63,789 bases of DNA, filler included, from Octopus bimaculoides (GCF_001194135.2; 6 parts of 6 records of this genome joined end to end with filler, not necessarily neighbours in it), one strand, 5' to 3'. Positions 50,475-63,544 are shown, numbered from the whole stretch's first letter. Program-made: numbers and translations. The notes: generated by a model not told the origin, from the sequence alone.

Positions 50475-50690
50475 ACAGCCACAGACTAGTTTCAGGGTTT
50501 TTGCCCTTTATCAATGTGGAGTAGTCGAACCCAGCAGGCTGTTGACTGTCTCTTCGAAAGTTTATATATATTCAGTGGAACACATCCACTGGTTTTCAAA
50601 CATAGAAATATTATTATTTCTAAATCTCTCTAAAGGAGACTACAGCAGCAGCACTGGATGTGTTCCACTGAATATATATAAACTTTCGAA
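50475..50690 (-). mobile_element. second copy of the hammerhead element with an inverted 5' segment
   Basis: 50475-50650 (minus) aligns with about 21590-21775. 50652-50690 is an inverted duplicate of 50553-50591. Confidence 0.8.
50479..50519 (-). ncRNA. minimal type I hammerhead ribozyme motif, U3-A8 variant, all stems paired
   Basis: CCACA-UUGAUAA-AGGG-CAAAAA-CCCU-GAAA-C-UA-G-UC-UGUGG; predicted cleavage between 50484 and 50483. Confidence 0.8.
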
Positions 50691-51555
50691 GGGAAAAATT
50701 TTGGTCGAAACATATCCGAGTTATCTGAATTCATCCAAGGCTGGAGCCACGTTCACAAAATCCACTGCAACACAATTTCTTTTCCTCAAAAAGCCCTGCT
50801 ATACAAATGCATGCATATATACGTATTGTTACATACCAAAGAATACGTAGAAAAAACTATTTGTCGATGCTATAATTGCAGAAGCACAAATCAGGATGAA
50901 TTGAGTGGTGTGGAAAAATTTTGTTTGTCCCAGAGCACGTAGGATTCCATCAACATCAACTTGGGAAGATCTCATATTGTTTTACTTTCTCCAATAATTA
51001 TATTCCAAAGTTAACTACTATATATACATTGCAGTTTCTATAATTGTCTGCTTAACACACACACACACACACACACGCTCACTCTCATTCTCCTTCTTTC
51101 TCTCCCCACTAAGATAAGTAAACAACTACACGCATATACATACATAAGAATGCACCAAGCACATGGTTTCATGCTGTCCAAGTACAATTACTTAAACATT
51201 AGTGCCAGACGATTACTAATGCAAACTTCTCTCCTTCTAGCTGCTAGGTGGTCGATGTTGCAGTGAGCCAAGGGGGGAAGGAACGACATGGTAGCAACGA
51301 CTGTTGCCATTAATCCGGAATTAAAATCGTTAGACTAAAGTATGACGCAAGCTCCCAAACCAAACTCGTTTGTCAGTGATAGCGAGGCTTATTTCAATGT
51401 GCCGTCAGTTTGCCTGTCTGTCTGTATCTGTCTCTCTCTCTCTCACTTTCTCTTTCTCTCCTTCTTTATCTCTCTCCGCACAGATATAAATATATGTGTG
51501 TGTATATATGTATATATATATATGTATATGTATATATATNNNNNNNNNNTGTATG

Positions 51556-51587
<32 letters not shown>

Positions 51588-52277
51588 TGTATGTATATCC
51601 TACGTGGATATCCCCTCACCACTACCCACACCCCACCCGTGCTTTCCACACTCTCGCCTCCCTCAGCTCCCCAACACCATCACACCACACCACACTACAC
51701 CATACCACACAACACATCACATCACAACACACCACGCACACACCAGCACTGACCAATTCCCATCCCCATGTTTTCACACCTACACATACACACACGCACA
51801 CGTCAAGATCACCAGCCCTCTTTCACTCGCACATACGTACTCTCTTACACACACGCGCACCTTCATTTTAGGATCACTACTACTTTGTTATCTCTTCTTC
51901 TTAGCTCTCTTGTGTGACCCTTCTGTCCGGCATTCGCCATGATAGATCGCTAGCCACTACACACATTTTTCTCTCTCCTTGTTTCTCTCCTTGTTTATTT
52001 CTGTGTTCCTTTCTGTGNNNNNNNNNNNNNNNNNNNNNNNNNNNNNNNNNNNNNNNNNNNNTTAATTAATTAANNNNNNNNNNNNNNNNNNNNNNNNNNN
52101 NNNNNNNNNNNNNNNNNAAATTTTGGGTAACACCTCCACTTTTACCCGCTCCCATTGATTGCACCTAGTATAGCACTTGTGTAGCAATAATTGGGTACCC
52201 TCCCAGCAGTATACTGGATAGATACTATCCCTTAGTGGGTTGTACCCCCAACCCCTAACTCTCTCACGTTATATATA

Positions 52278-52435
52278 AGACGGGCTTCTTTCAGTTTCCG
52301 TCTACCAAATCCATTCACAAGGCTTTGGTCGGCACAAGACTATAGTAGAAGATACTTAGCGAAGATGCCACGCAGTAGGACTGACCACGGAACCATGTGG
52401 CTGGAAGCAAGCTGCTTACAATACAGACGCTGGTG
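52278..52435 (-). mobile_element. SINE family A, 5' half
   Basis: GACGGGCTTCTTTCAGTTTCCGTCTACC core. Confidence 0.85.
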
Positions 52436-52705
52436 TGCCTATTTGTTTACCAAATTTAATTTTCTCTAGTTTCAATGCCATTATTTTCTAATATTATAGT
52501 TCTAGGTAAATTACAACTTGTATTGTTTCTTCAATTATTGATATATTCAATACATTCAATAATTATGTTGTGTGATTGAATATCTGACACTTAACCCACT
52601 CTGTGTACTCTTCTCTGAACGAAGTGAAACTGAAATTAGATTTGCTTCTATGTTCAGGAAACTATGGTACTATTTTAAAACTCATGATTGACGATGGGGC
52701 ATGGA

Positions 52706-52744
52706 TAATAATAATAATACTAATACTACTACTACTACTACTAC

Positions 52745-52801
<57 letters not shown>

Positions 52802-52829
52802 TAATAATAATAATAACAATAATAATAAC

Positions 52830-52884
<55 letters not shown>

Positions 52885-52984
52885 TTGAAGTTGATTATGA
52901 TGATGGTGCTGGTGCTGGTGGTTTTGGTCGTGGTCGCAGTAGAAGTAGTATTAGTATTAGTATTAGTAGTAGTAGTAGTATTAA

Positions 52985-53033
<49 letters not shown>

Positions 53034-53035
53034 TG
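52706..53035. repeat. (AAT)n/(ACT)n/(AGT)n microsatellites
   Basis: Directly visible. Confidence 0.95.
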
Positions 53036-53059
53036 TTGTGAAAGCGCGAAACAGTAAAG

Positions 53060-53236
53060 TCTGTTTATTGATCGAGATGAGCATACCTTGTGATCATAAT
53101 ATTTTGGCAAAATAATTTGATTGCAGGAGCACTTGATAAGAAAAGGAATTGAAAATTATTTGAGCATCATCCCTGTCTTACCATCCTTCCGGTAAGTGCA
53201 AATGATTGTATGCACTGGTACGTCAAACGTATTGAG
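53060..53236 (+). mobile_element. R4/Dong-like LINE 3' fragment
   Basis: LLIEMSIPCDHNILAK; GTGCAAATGATTGTA.....GGTACGT shared with about 56855-56880. Confidence 0.7.
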
Positions 53237-53419
53237 AAAAGCATTGACGATGTAATGTTTCTTTCCTTTTCCTCGTTTATTTTCTTGGTTTTTATATTTT
53301 TCTTTTACTTTTCCTATTTTTTAATTTTTTTCTATAATTATTTTTTTCCATTTCTTTGCACTATATATCGGATGATACCCGGGAAGATATGGAAAAAAAT
53401 TGAAGCAAGAAGGTAATAA

Positions 53420-53590
53420 TTAAAATCCTTTCTACTCTAGGCATAAATTGGTGGAGAAGATAGTCGGTTACAACGACTCGAGTGCGTAACTGGTACTTAG
53501 TTTATCGAGCCTGAAAGGATGACAAGCAAAATCGACCTCATTGAAATTTGAACTCAGAACGCAGCGGCAGACAACACACCGCTAAGCATA
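53420..53590 (-). mobile_element. SINE family B, diverged
   Basis: TGAAAGGATGAC...TCGACCTC...TTTGAACTCAGAACG. Confidence 0.75.
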
Positions 53591-53746
53591 TCGACCCCAG
53601 GACTTATTCTTTGGAAGCCTAGTACTTATTCTATCAGTCCCTTTTGCCGAACCGCTAAGTTACGGGGACATAAACAGACCAGCATCGGTTGTCAAGCGAT
53701 GTTGTGGGACAAACACAGAAACACAAACATATACGCACACATAAAT

Positions 53747-53779
<33 letters not shown>

Positions 53780-53951
53780 CATATATACGACGGGCTTCTT
53801 TTCAGTTTCCGTCTCCGAAATCCAGTCTCAAGGCTTTGGTCGGCCCGAGGCTATAGTAGAAGACACTTGCCCAAGGTGCCAAGCAGTGCGACTGAACCCA
53901 GAACCATGTGGTTTGTAAGCAAGCTACTTACCACACAGCCACCCCTGCGCC
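53590..53951 (-). mobile_element. SINE family A
   Basis: Body and head recognisable, CpG-intact; tail truncated. Confidence 0.9.
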
Positions 53952-53991
<40 letters not shown>

Positions 53992-55100
53992 GATATGGAG
54001 TAGGGGTAATCGCATGACAGTAGACGAAATAAACAGCTCAGGTAGAAATACAAGAATGTTGCTGACTAGATGTGCGATACTCCATCCGAAAACTGACACA
54101 GTTAGACTGTATGTGCCAAGAAAAATAGGGGGAGGACAGATTGATGCGAAGACAGCGTTAGAGTAGAAGAAAACAACATACCATGTTATGTAAAAAATGC
54201 CACAGAACCATTATTATTAATAGTAAGAAGGTCAGTCTTGTGTAGGATGGAAGATTGCAAAGATAAAGCACTATACAAGCACTTGGGAATGAATTAAAAT
54301 GAAAATAGTTGGATAAAGAAAAGAATGCATAAATGATTTCATAGGGATGTTGAAGACAAGCCAGACAGAGTAAAAAGATGGCTAATGTGAGTTTAAACCG
54401 GAAACGGAGGCTCTAATCTTTGCCGCCCAAGAGCAACAACGAACAGATAATTACATCAAATACAGAATAGACAACACATCAGAAAGTGATAATAGCAGAA
54501 TTTGTGGACAAATTAGTGAAACCGTAGTTTATATTATCAGTCAATGTATGCCACTAACCCAGAAGGAATATATGAGACGTGATGACAATATAGCAAGGAT
54601 CGTGCATTGGACACTTTGCAACAAGTATAGTCTTGACAGAGCCAAAAGGTGGTGCGACCATAAACATGAAGGCATCATCGAAAATGATACTGCAAAGATA
54701 CTAGGATATATGATTCAGTGCGACCATGAGATAGGGAATAGGAAGCCAGGCATTGTGTAGATTGAAAAAGGAATCAAACGATGCTGGATCATACATATAG
54801 CATGCCCAGCTGACAACATGGTATGTAATAATGAAGAAAGAAAAGCTGATAGATATCAGAGATTAGCTTGGGGGTTTAAGCAGTTGTGGTCAATGAAAAG
54901 GTGGTAGTAGTAACAATAATTGTCGGAGCCTTGAAAACAGTGAGTAAAAAAAATGAGTACATGGATCAAATAGGCGCTGCAGTATGGGTGGAGCACTTGC
55001 AGAAAAGCAGCACTGCTTGGAAATGCTGGAATACTCCGGATGGCACTAGACGAATAAGGGGAGTTACCTTAGTTCACTGGTGGTGAAAAGCTGGCATCGT
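53992..55100 (+). mobile_element. R4/Dong-like LINE 3' 1.1 kb, decayed
   Basis: LHPKTDTVRLYVPRK, GLIFAAQEQ, CCHC-region RICGQISETV..IISQC..L...EY.RR.DNIARIVHW, then REL motifs (IACPAD, TIIVGAL). Flanked by (AAT)n on both sides. Confidence 0.9.
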
Positions 55101-55129
55101 ATTACATGTCCAGTGTTAGAAGCTGTGCA

Positions 55130-55320
<191 letters not shown>

Positions 55321-55851
55321 CCCCACACTGAATAACAACATGGACGTACTACACAGGGCTCCGCATTCAAAAACAAATGTAATCCAATAATATCGATAGA
55401 ATTAGATAAAGTAACCTGTGGAAGACTTGAAGGAAGCTGTCTTTTAACGAAAATAAAAAAAAAACGAAATTTTACTACCATACAAAGCACAGTCTCTCCT
55501 ATGTACCATGTCTCAGTGAAACATGTGCGAAACACATACTCGAAGTCAACACCGGAAAGTTTTGAGTAATTACGCATGCACTCCAATGTTTACACAACCA
55601 TATATACATTTTGATACCCATAGGACTACGCTTACATCTCAATGTTTACACAACTATGTGAAAATAATAAGGCACACATTCACGCATGAGAACACATGAC
55701 AAAAACGAAACAGAAACCAAAAACAAAACTTTTTTTGCTTTTTGTATTTTCTATTTATAGAACTAACACAGACAGAGTGAATCATTCATAAGTTTTAAAA
55801 CATCACAAAAACTATGCTCGGAGATAACCGTATAAAAAAATACTGACGAAT

Positions 55852-56245
55852 ACAGATCTGTTAGTCTTAAGAAGCTACGGTATGTTCACATGCAGAGACC
55901 TCGATGACGGTGTTTCTCAAAAAATTGACCCTAAGCAGGCAAATCCGTTCCCTAATGTTAACGTCGAAGCTCGTTATGTCTCAATGATAACAAAGCAAAT
56001 TACAAACTAGATTCGTCGTCGACCGGATCACAAAGATCCATGTACTCCATATAGATCTGGTAGCCTTAAGAAGCTACGTTACGAGCAATGTTAACATGTA
56101 GAGAACTCGTAGCCGGTGTTGTCTCAAAAAAAGTAACCCTAAACAGACAGATCCGTCACCTAATGCAACGTGGAAGCTTGTCATCCCTCACTGTTAACAA
56201 AGCAAAATACAAACTGGAATGAACATCGACCGGGTTACAAAAGGC
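55852..56245. repeat. diverged tandem duplication of about 200 bp
   Basis: AGATCTG.TAG.CTTAAGAAGCTACG...ACAAAGCAAA.TACAAACT...TCGACCGG..GTACTC present twice. Confidence 0.85.
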
Positions 56246-56479
56246 CCCGTACTCGAATGAGGAACCAGATTCGATTCGAGAAATCAGCTACTGCTTCAAA
56301 TCTTCCCGACACAGAGGAGCTGGAAGTATTCCACAACCGGATCATACCAACAGATAGTCATCCATGCTTGTCATCAAACAACCAAAAGAAAAAGAAGGAA
56401 AATGATCGATTAAGATAATAGAGAAGTTCTTACGGCCTTATACCATGCCATATATTTCCCCACAAATAAATTTAATACT

Positions 56480-56900
56480 TCACAAACCTACTTAAACTGG
56501 AGTATTGGCATTATAAAATCAAAACTGCTGACAAATATTAGAAGCACCTACCTGAGACGGTAACTGAGGGAATTTCCAGTATGTACAAACCGGACCATCA
56601 AAGCAAGTAAACCAGATATTCTTTTGAAAGACGAAAACTATAAAATATGTTGATTCACATACCCTGTGACCATAATAATTTGGCAAAACAACTTGATAAG
56701 CTCAGAAACTATAAAGATTTCCTAATCGAAATTGAAAAGATGTGGTAACTCAATGCGGCTAGAACACCAGCGATTGTTAGAGCACTTAGAAAGATTAAAA
56801 AGGAAATGGAAACTGTTTAAGAATGATCCCTGACTAACCATCCATTGAGGAAGTGCAAATGATTGTATTAATTGGTACGTTACACGCACTCAGAAGAGCA
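56480..56900 (+). mobile_element. R4/Dong-like LINE 3' end, decayed
   Basis: DRTIKASKPDILLKD...YKDFLIEIEKMW...PAIVRAL. Confidence 0.75.
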
Positions 56901-57708
56901 TTGTTGCTGTGAATATTCTGTTCTTTTCCGTCTTTGTTTTCTTTGTATACATTCTTTACTTTTTTTTTTTTTTTCCTTTTTCTCTATCACATGACTTTGC
57001 AATCTGGTGTAAATGATCTCTCGGCAAGTAATTGAATCAAAATCGAAAGACGTTGAAAGAAAATAATGAAAATAATAATGATAATAATAGTTCTGATAAC
57101 GGTGATGATGTAATATAATTGAGAACAAAATCAGTATGAACCATACGAAGTGTTGTGAAAAGGAATATGTGAGAAAATAAAATTAAGAATAATTTGCGAA
57201 ACGTATACAAATGGACACATTGTGCAAGAATCAAACACGGAGATTCTAAAATCCTAGAGTTTCGAGCCATTGTTCCTTTAAATAATGTCCGAAATCTGTC
57301 CGATGTTGCGAATTTTCCCTTGTTTACAACTGAAATTGCAAAGATGATTAAGGAAATTTGAATCAGTCTAACATATTTCCAGAAATAGCAGACATTATAC
57401 ACAGTTTATGAAGCAACTTTTAAAACGTTTTGGTTGGGTTACATTTCTCACGTCATTGTTATTCTACATATAAATGGTCACATTTGCCAAGTTTTTCGAA
57501 TAAAAATATCAGAATATTTGTGTTGCAAAGGAGGATCTATATATTCCTAAAGAATGTAAACATTTCTGACTATTTTACAGCAAGTAGTGCGAAATAAAAG
57601 ATGAATAAGTTTTCGTAAATCACCCCTTCAATGATAACAACAAGTTCGGTACTATTTGGAAATACGCAGTTTTAATATTTACTTTTTTTGTCTACTGACG
57701 AGCATATA

Positions 57709-57931
57709 CGAGCGTGGATGGGGGCTGAAAAGTTCCTGTCTTTGGGCAAAAGAAAATACAAGAGGCTCATTTAATTTTGATTTCATTCACCATATACCCC
57801 TCTTAGATTTACACACTTTTTGCAACTACCCTTCAGTTTTTCTAATGCCTGTAAAAGAACGCGGATAGCCGGGCCTCCTACCAGGCTTTTCGCGACACCC
57901 TTAAAGCCAGGAAACTTTCAGTACTCACTCG
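57709..57931. mobile_element. mariner-type MITE with TA flanks
   Basis: TA-CGAG...GCTGAAAAGTTCCTG.CTTT and TAAAGCCAGGAAACTTTCAG..CTCG-TA inverted termini. Confidence 0.8.
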
Positions 57932-59040
57932 TATGCGTGTTTTCAAGCCATTCAATTTCTGCTTTATTCCTAGGTCAATAGATTCATAACGTGAAGGATA
58001 TGAAAAACAAAATAATCTATTTTGCCATACATATCCTTTAGTGTGTCTTCATTTCTTATTTCATTGAAAACTGTTGATAAATGACAGTTCTAGAAGTAGA
58101 GCTAACTCGAGGCATTTAAACTTATGTTCAAATTTCATCATTTACTTACAAACACATGCAGATATAATTTTGCATTATATTGTGATTGAACATCTAAATA
58201 AATATATTGATCGTTCATTAGCATAACGTTTTCATTCATAAACTGAAATTCAGCTAAGCAATACAAATACTCTGTATAATTATGCTATGATTATCTTGTC
58301 ATTCATAATTTCTACATAATGACAGCTCTCGCTTGTAAAGTTATAATAAGGCCTTATCTATTTCAAATATTGCTTTCTTCCACTATTATGCTACACTGGC
58401 GCATTCAAGTTTTTCAAACTAACCAATGACACTTACCATGCCACATAACCAAATCGTTTTAAGTATCTCGATTTTTCTTATTTCAATATTTCAATGATTC
58501 ATAAATTCCGATGTATTTTCCTTATAACTGAAAGGATGATTATAATTATTAAATCGGTCACCCATCAATGATTAACATCATTTTCGCTGAAAACATATGC
58601 ATGTCTTTTATAATAATGCACTTACACGTAACCATTTGATGTGTTCGTAGTATCCTGATTTTGAAATGAATACTTGCCTAATGGACAGGAACACGTCAGT
58701 CTCTCTCCTCACCGCTTGGTGAAGGGACGTGGATATTATCCACGACTGTTTCCTTCCACCGCCAAGAAGACAAATGATTCAAATACATGCACGATAAGTA
58801 AAGCAATAGGGAACCGTAAGGAAGCTGTATAGAATAATTCAAAGTCACAAAGTAATATGCCAATGTCTCTTGGTATCCTGTTTTAAAATCTACCACACTA
58901 AAGTCAATTTTTGAATTCACGTGATTGTAAATGCATGAAGCTAATCTGACTTGTGCTGTCGAGTGATCTTATTCAGGAATAATACCGCAAGAGCGTCCTG
59001 CACAAGGGTATAATTTAGGTAAATAAACAGTATTTGCACT

Positions 59041-59163
59041 AAAGTGGTTGACGTAAATATACGCCGAGCGGTTACAGTTGCCGCGCGCAGGCAACCAAAT
59101 GAAACACCACCGTAAACTGGTTAAAGCAGTTGACGTAATGTACGCTAAGCCGTTGTCGCGCGC
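59041..59163. promoter_or_regulatory. duplicated CpG-rich module with TGACGTAA (CRE-like) and CGCGCGC
   Basis: Modules at 59041-59088 and 59123-59163 in otherwise AT-rich unique DNA. Confidence 0.3.
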
Positions 59164-60392
59164 TAATTGATGACCTCAGGGAGACGATTACCATCGGAGA
59201 AACCTAGTTGCTTGAGAAAAACCATTCACATGGGGTTAAGTTACCATTGTAATTAACGTATTTAAAGTAAATTTATTTTTCTTCAAACAATCTATATTCA
59301 AATTAGTTGCTTTTTTTTTATTTCAAATACTTTTGGCAACAATTCTTCAATTAAATAAAGATATTTACTTGATATCCCCCATAAATGGTATCCGTCGAAA
59401 AGTCTCGGGGTTCTTGTGAGTAAAGGAATAATAATGTGAAAGGTGCAACAAATTTTTAAAATGTTCTTTCAACGCGAAATTGATCAAAATTTAAGTTATC
59501 ATCGGTTGGCAGTTTTTCGAAGTGCGTCATGTCGATATTAATGCCATTTTCAAATTTGTGAACGACATATATCCACATATATATCCGTTTTCTTTTTAGT
59601 TTCGTCATCACTCTTGATATATGATAATCCATCCGGTCTAGAGTTTTGTGAGAGGTCGTTAAGAAGAGCGCTTTTCGTGTGGAGCTCACCACTGACTCTT
59701 AGAATTTAATTTTCTACGCTTTACATTAGCAGGTTTATGTACTCATTTCAATTGATGTTGTTTAGCACGAACTGTCTGAGTGATATTGTACGCCATCCAA
59801 ATGCTGTGGGCATTTACCTCAGGCCACTAAGTTCTTCGTTTCTGCATAGACAGACACTGTCGAAATCACTGTTGCAATGGAATTTTCCAACCGATCTCAG
59901 TAAACTGCGGATTTTAATGTTTATTGAGTGAACTTCTTTAACGGACCAGTTAAGTACCAAAATATTTAATACTGACACCGGTACTACAAAAGCTTTGAGA
60001 GACATTATCTTGTAAGTGACATATTGTCTTGTAAGTATTCGTTGCTGATTTTTCTATGCCGGATATACTACTCTCCGGTCGAACTTTGTTCACCGTTAAT
60101 GTCTAATTATTTGTAACAAAACAGTGGACACCGTTGAGATACCGGTTTGTGTGTGGGAGACTGGTTTTCCAATAACGGTACCCAGCATTAGGTTTCTTAC
60201 AGATAACAATACTGATACCGGTATCTAAATATTACGTTTTTACAGGTGTATTATATTGTCCACATATAGCCATGTTGAAATTTTAAAGGTCATTATTGTA
60301 GGACAATCTGCCGATGTTGGTACGATATTGCGTCGTAACTCTATTTAACGTAATTTCGTTTTTGTTGAAATCTTACATTTCGGACATACCTT

Positions 60393-61645
60393 AGAGCTGA
60401 AATTATTCGCCTTCTCAATGAGAAGGCTTGATTGACAGTATTATTTTTTCTTTATCTCCTGTATAATTCCTGTAGATTGAAAATAAGTTTGTGATTCACA
60501 CTGACACGCACAAAACTTTTCCCATGATAAGGCAAATTTTCCCCTAGCGTCATGAGACCCATTTTAAAAATCTTGGTGTGAACAGTTGCTCTAAAGTTTT
60601 GTTACTTTTGCGTAAGATAAAATTGACGAAGGTATGAACTTGATACACCCATTTATATTTCGCAATTAGTGTTTAACTTCCAATATAGCGGAACAAATTG
60701 TTGATGTTTTCTATGTGGATTGTTTCCGGTTTCTAATTTCATTAGCACGTGCACTACTGCATTCTATTCGGTGTTAAATGTAATAGCAAATGTGTATAGG
60801 AAGGTATCAATTGTCTAGTAATTAAAATGTCATGGCTCTATGTGATCACTACCATGATCATTGATGTATTTCTACTGTGAAGCTGTGTTCGCATCCAATC
60901 AGTCCTCTACTGCCTCATTTTCACGGTACAGCCAGTCTGTCTATGTCACTTTTTTGGGGTGAAATATCGCATATCTAGACAGCAACTTCCTTATCTTTCT
61001 AACATTGGATATTTTTTCCGAAGTTTATTCTATGGTATTCTTAATTTGATCATTCCGAAGTCGTCTCTGTCAGTTCAGTTACTTGAGGAAAAACTCAACA
61101 GCTTGTCATGGTGCCAGAATATTTACTTTTAACATTTTTCGGCTCTGAATTACGATATCTTTTGGCAAACTTTTAGTGGTACGTGGTGTTGGATTATCAC
61201 CACGTTAGAATAGTAACTGTTGTACGCAAAGACATTTTTTTGCAAACACAATTTCGTGTTGCCGCAACTATTTTGCGGAAAATATGTTAGATATTTTAGG
61301 AGTTTGATGTTTGCATTTATAGAAGTAAGGACTACTTATTTGTGACACGTGAAATCTCATAAAATATAATTTAGAATATCGAGTGATTTTAGCCTCAAAC
61401 TGAGAGATGAATGCATGCATAACTACTTATATATACCCACCTTACAAAAAGCAGTAAAGTTAATCAATATCGTAAAATAAATAATAAATGATATATTTAT
61501 ATAGAGGAGAGCTGAAATCATTCAATTTCTCAATGATAAGGCTTCATTGACATTATTCTTTTTTCTTTATCTCCTGTGTAATTCCTGTAGATTGAAAATA
61601 AATTTGTGATTCACACCGACACGTACGAAACGTTTCCTACGATAA
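60393..61645 (+). repeat. pair of about 135-bp direct repeats (60393-60530 and 61508-61645)
   Basis: AGAGCTGAAAT.ATTC...TTTATCTCCTGT.TAATTCCTGTAGATTGAAAATAA.TTTGTGATTCACAC.GACACG in both. Confidence 0.9.
60870..61060 (-). mobile_element. old R4/Dong-like LINE fragment
   Basis: RKLLSRYAIFHPK/SDIDRL.VP...RGLI with stops and a frameshift. Confidence 0.65.
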
Positions 61646-63507
61646 CACAAATAAGCTTGCTAATATAAAGCGTAGAAAATTCTATTTCTATTTTTGTTGG
61701 TATTTTACATATGAATTTTAGTTAATCAGAACCTGAAAAAATGCGCTCACACCGAGACCATCAGGGCATTTGTTTTCGGAGTAATTTGCACATCTTCCAT
61801 GGAGAGTGATTTAAGGGAATAAAGGAAGGTTTTGAGGATATTCCTACTAGATCATTCTACGTTTCGTTGATTATTGATTATAATACCGATAGTTTTTTTT
61901 ATCTTGTATTAAGAAACAACAATATAGATACACCTTATTATTCAAGACTTTCTTTCCAAATAAAATACTCATCCGAAGGAATTAGTTCGTACAGACCTGT
62001 AGACACGTACGTTAAAATCACATGCATAATAACATCGAGGAGGACCTGTAGCTCAAAGTTTATAATTTTTAATAAAGATAGAACAATTCAGTATTGATTA
62101 ATAACACTGACTACGCAAGGATACTTTTTTTAAAAATTTTGTTCAGAATATAATGTTATATAACATATTTTGAGTGACAAATTCACTCTTCAATTTGCTA
62201 ATATGAGGAACACATTAGTTCTATATATGATTGAAAACTGAATGGGGGCATTGTCTATGACAAAAATATATTAACGTAAGAACTGCCTGCTAGCCTTCGC
62301 AATGTTAGAAATATTGATTAAATAGCAGAAATCTTGTATTAAGGATAATTTTTTTTTCATTTATTATAACGAAAGAGAAAAACGCGACTAATGAACTTCA
62401 CATGAATTGCAATTCGCACATAATTACCCAATTCAGAATTTGAATGAAACCAAGTAGAATTCCGCTGCAAAATGTTTGATGAGGATGCTTATTTTTCTCA
62501 TTTATATCAGGAACGTAGATAAAATCTACTTGTTTTCTGCATCAGTAATTAACATCATTCTCTGTAGTTTAAACAGAAGAGGTTTAAATCTACTTTTAGA
62601 TAAAGATTAGCTCATCATGGAGATATTTCTTACGAAGAAAACAGCGCTCGACACCGGAAACCATGAAAATATATGTCTATCTCGTTTATTTTTTTTTCAT
62701 TTTTCCTGAAATTCAAGATACTACGTCAAATGCATATTTTGCTGTGTGGTAAGAACGCCAAACTTATTGTTTCTTAACTATTTTTATAAAGAACTTTCTG
62801 AATATGCAACTGAAAAACATTATCGATTTTCCATTAGTAAAATTTCACAAATCATAAACATATGACTCACTGGCATCAACAAATACAGCTTATGCTTTTG
62901 TTTTCTTCTGATTATGGATATTTGGAAATCCTACTAGCCTCTGGAGTATTTGAACTTACAATTTAAATATTCAAACTTGAAAACGCCAAATGCATTTCAT
63001 CTACGTCGTTTCTTACAAAAGTTTTAGTCGAATTCGTCTGCCCAGATTATTATTTCGTTTTACTTTTTAGTTCATATTCTTCATTTTCTAACTTATATCA
63101 CGGTGATTAATGACTGAGATGTAGCAAATTATGTCTGTAAATATTTGTCAATTTATTTGGTGTGTATCAGTTACTCCTATATCGATATATTTCTGTCCGA
63201 CCGCCAGACATATCAATTAGAGTTTAGAGTTTAATTTTGCCGGTACTTTTCGTCAGTTTGTATAAAATTTGTACAAGATTCTTAATTTTCACTAAGAACT
63301 TTCTGTGTTCAGTGCTACAATTCATGACTGCCCGATATATTTCTATAATAGTTCAACAGCTATATTAGTGTAATTTACATCGTATCCATTGTGTAACAAG
63401 ATTAAAATTACATAAAATTATGTTTGTGTGATCTCAGTATATAAACTTTCAGCTGCCTTTTTCATATATATCCAAGTCATATTGGAAAATGTTGTACATT
63501 TGAAATA

Positions 63508-63508
<1 letters not shown>

Positions 63509-63544
<36 letters not shown>

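Noticed and set aside
51241-51339. Strong acceptor and GTATGA donor defining a possible exon
   Set aside because: Stops in all three frames; no further support.
23756-52073. Five identical TTAATTAATTAA motifs, superficially like interspaced repeats
   Set aside because: Each is centred in an N-gap and encodes stops in all frames: an assembly spacer, not biology or CRISPR.
57037-57402. 121-aa hydrophobic minus-strand ORF
   Set aside because: No recognisable motif, weak splice signals, and the end runs into low-complexity sequence.
58690-58756. Two hairpins with GAAACAGTC and CTGAC on the minus strand
   Set aside because: The order and spacing fit no hammerhead topology.
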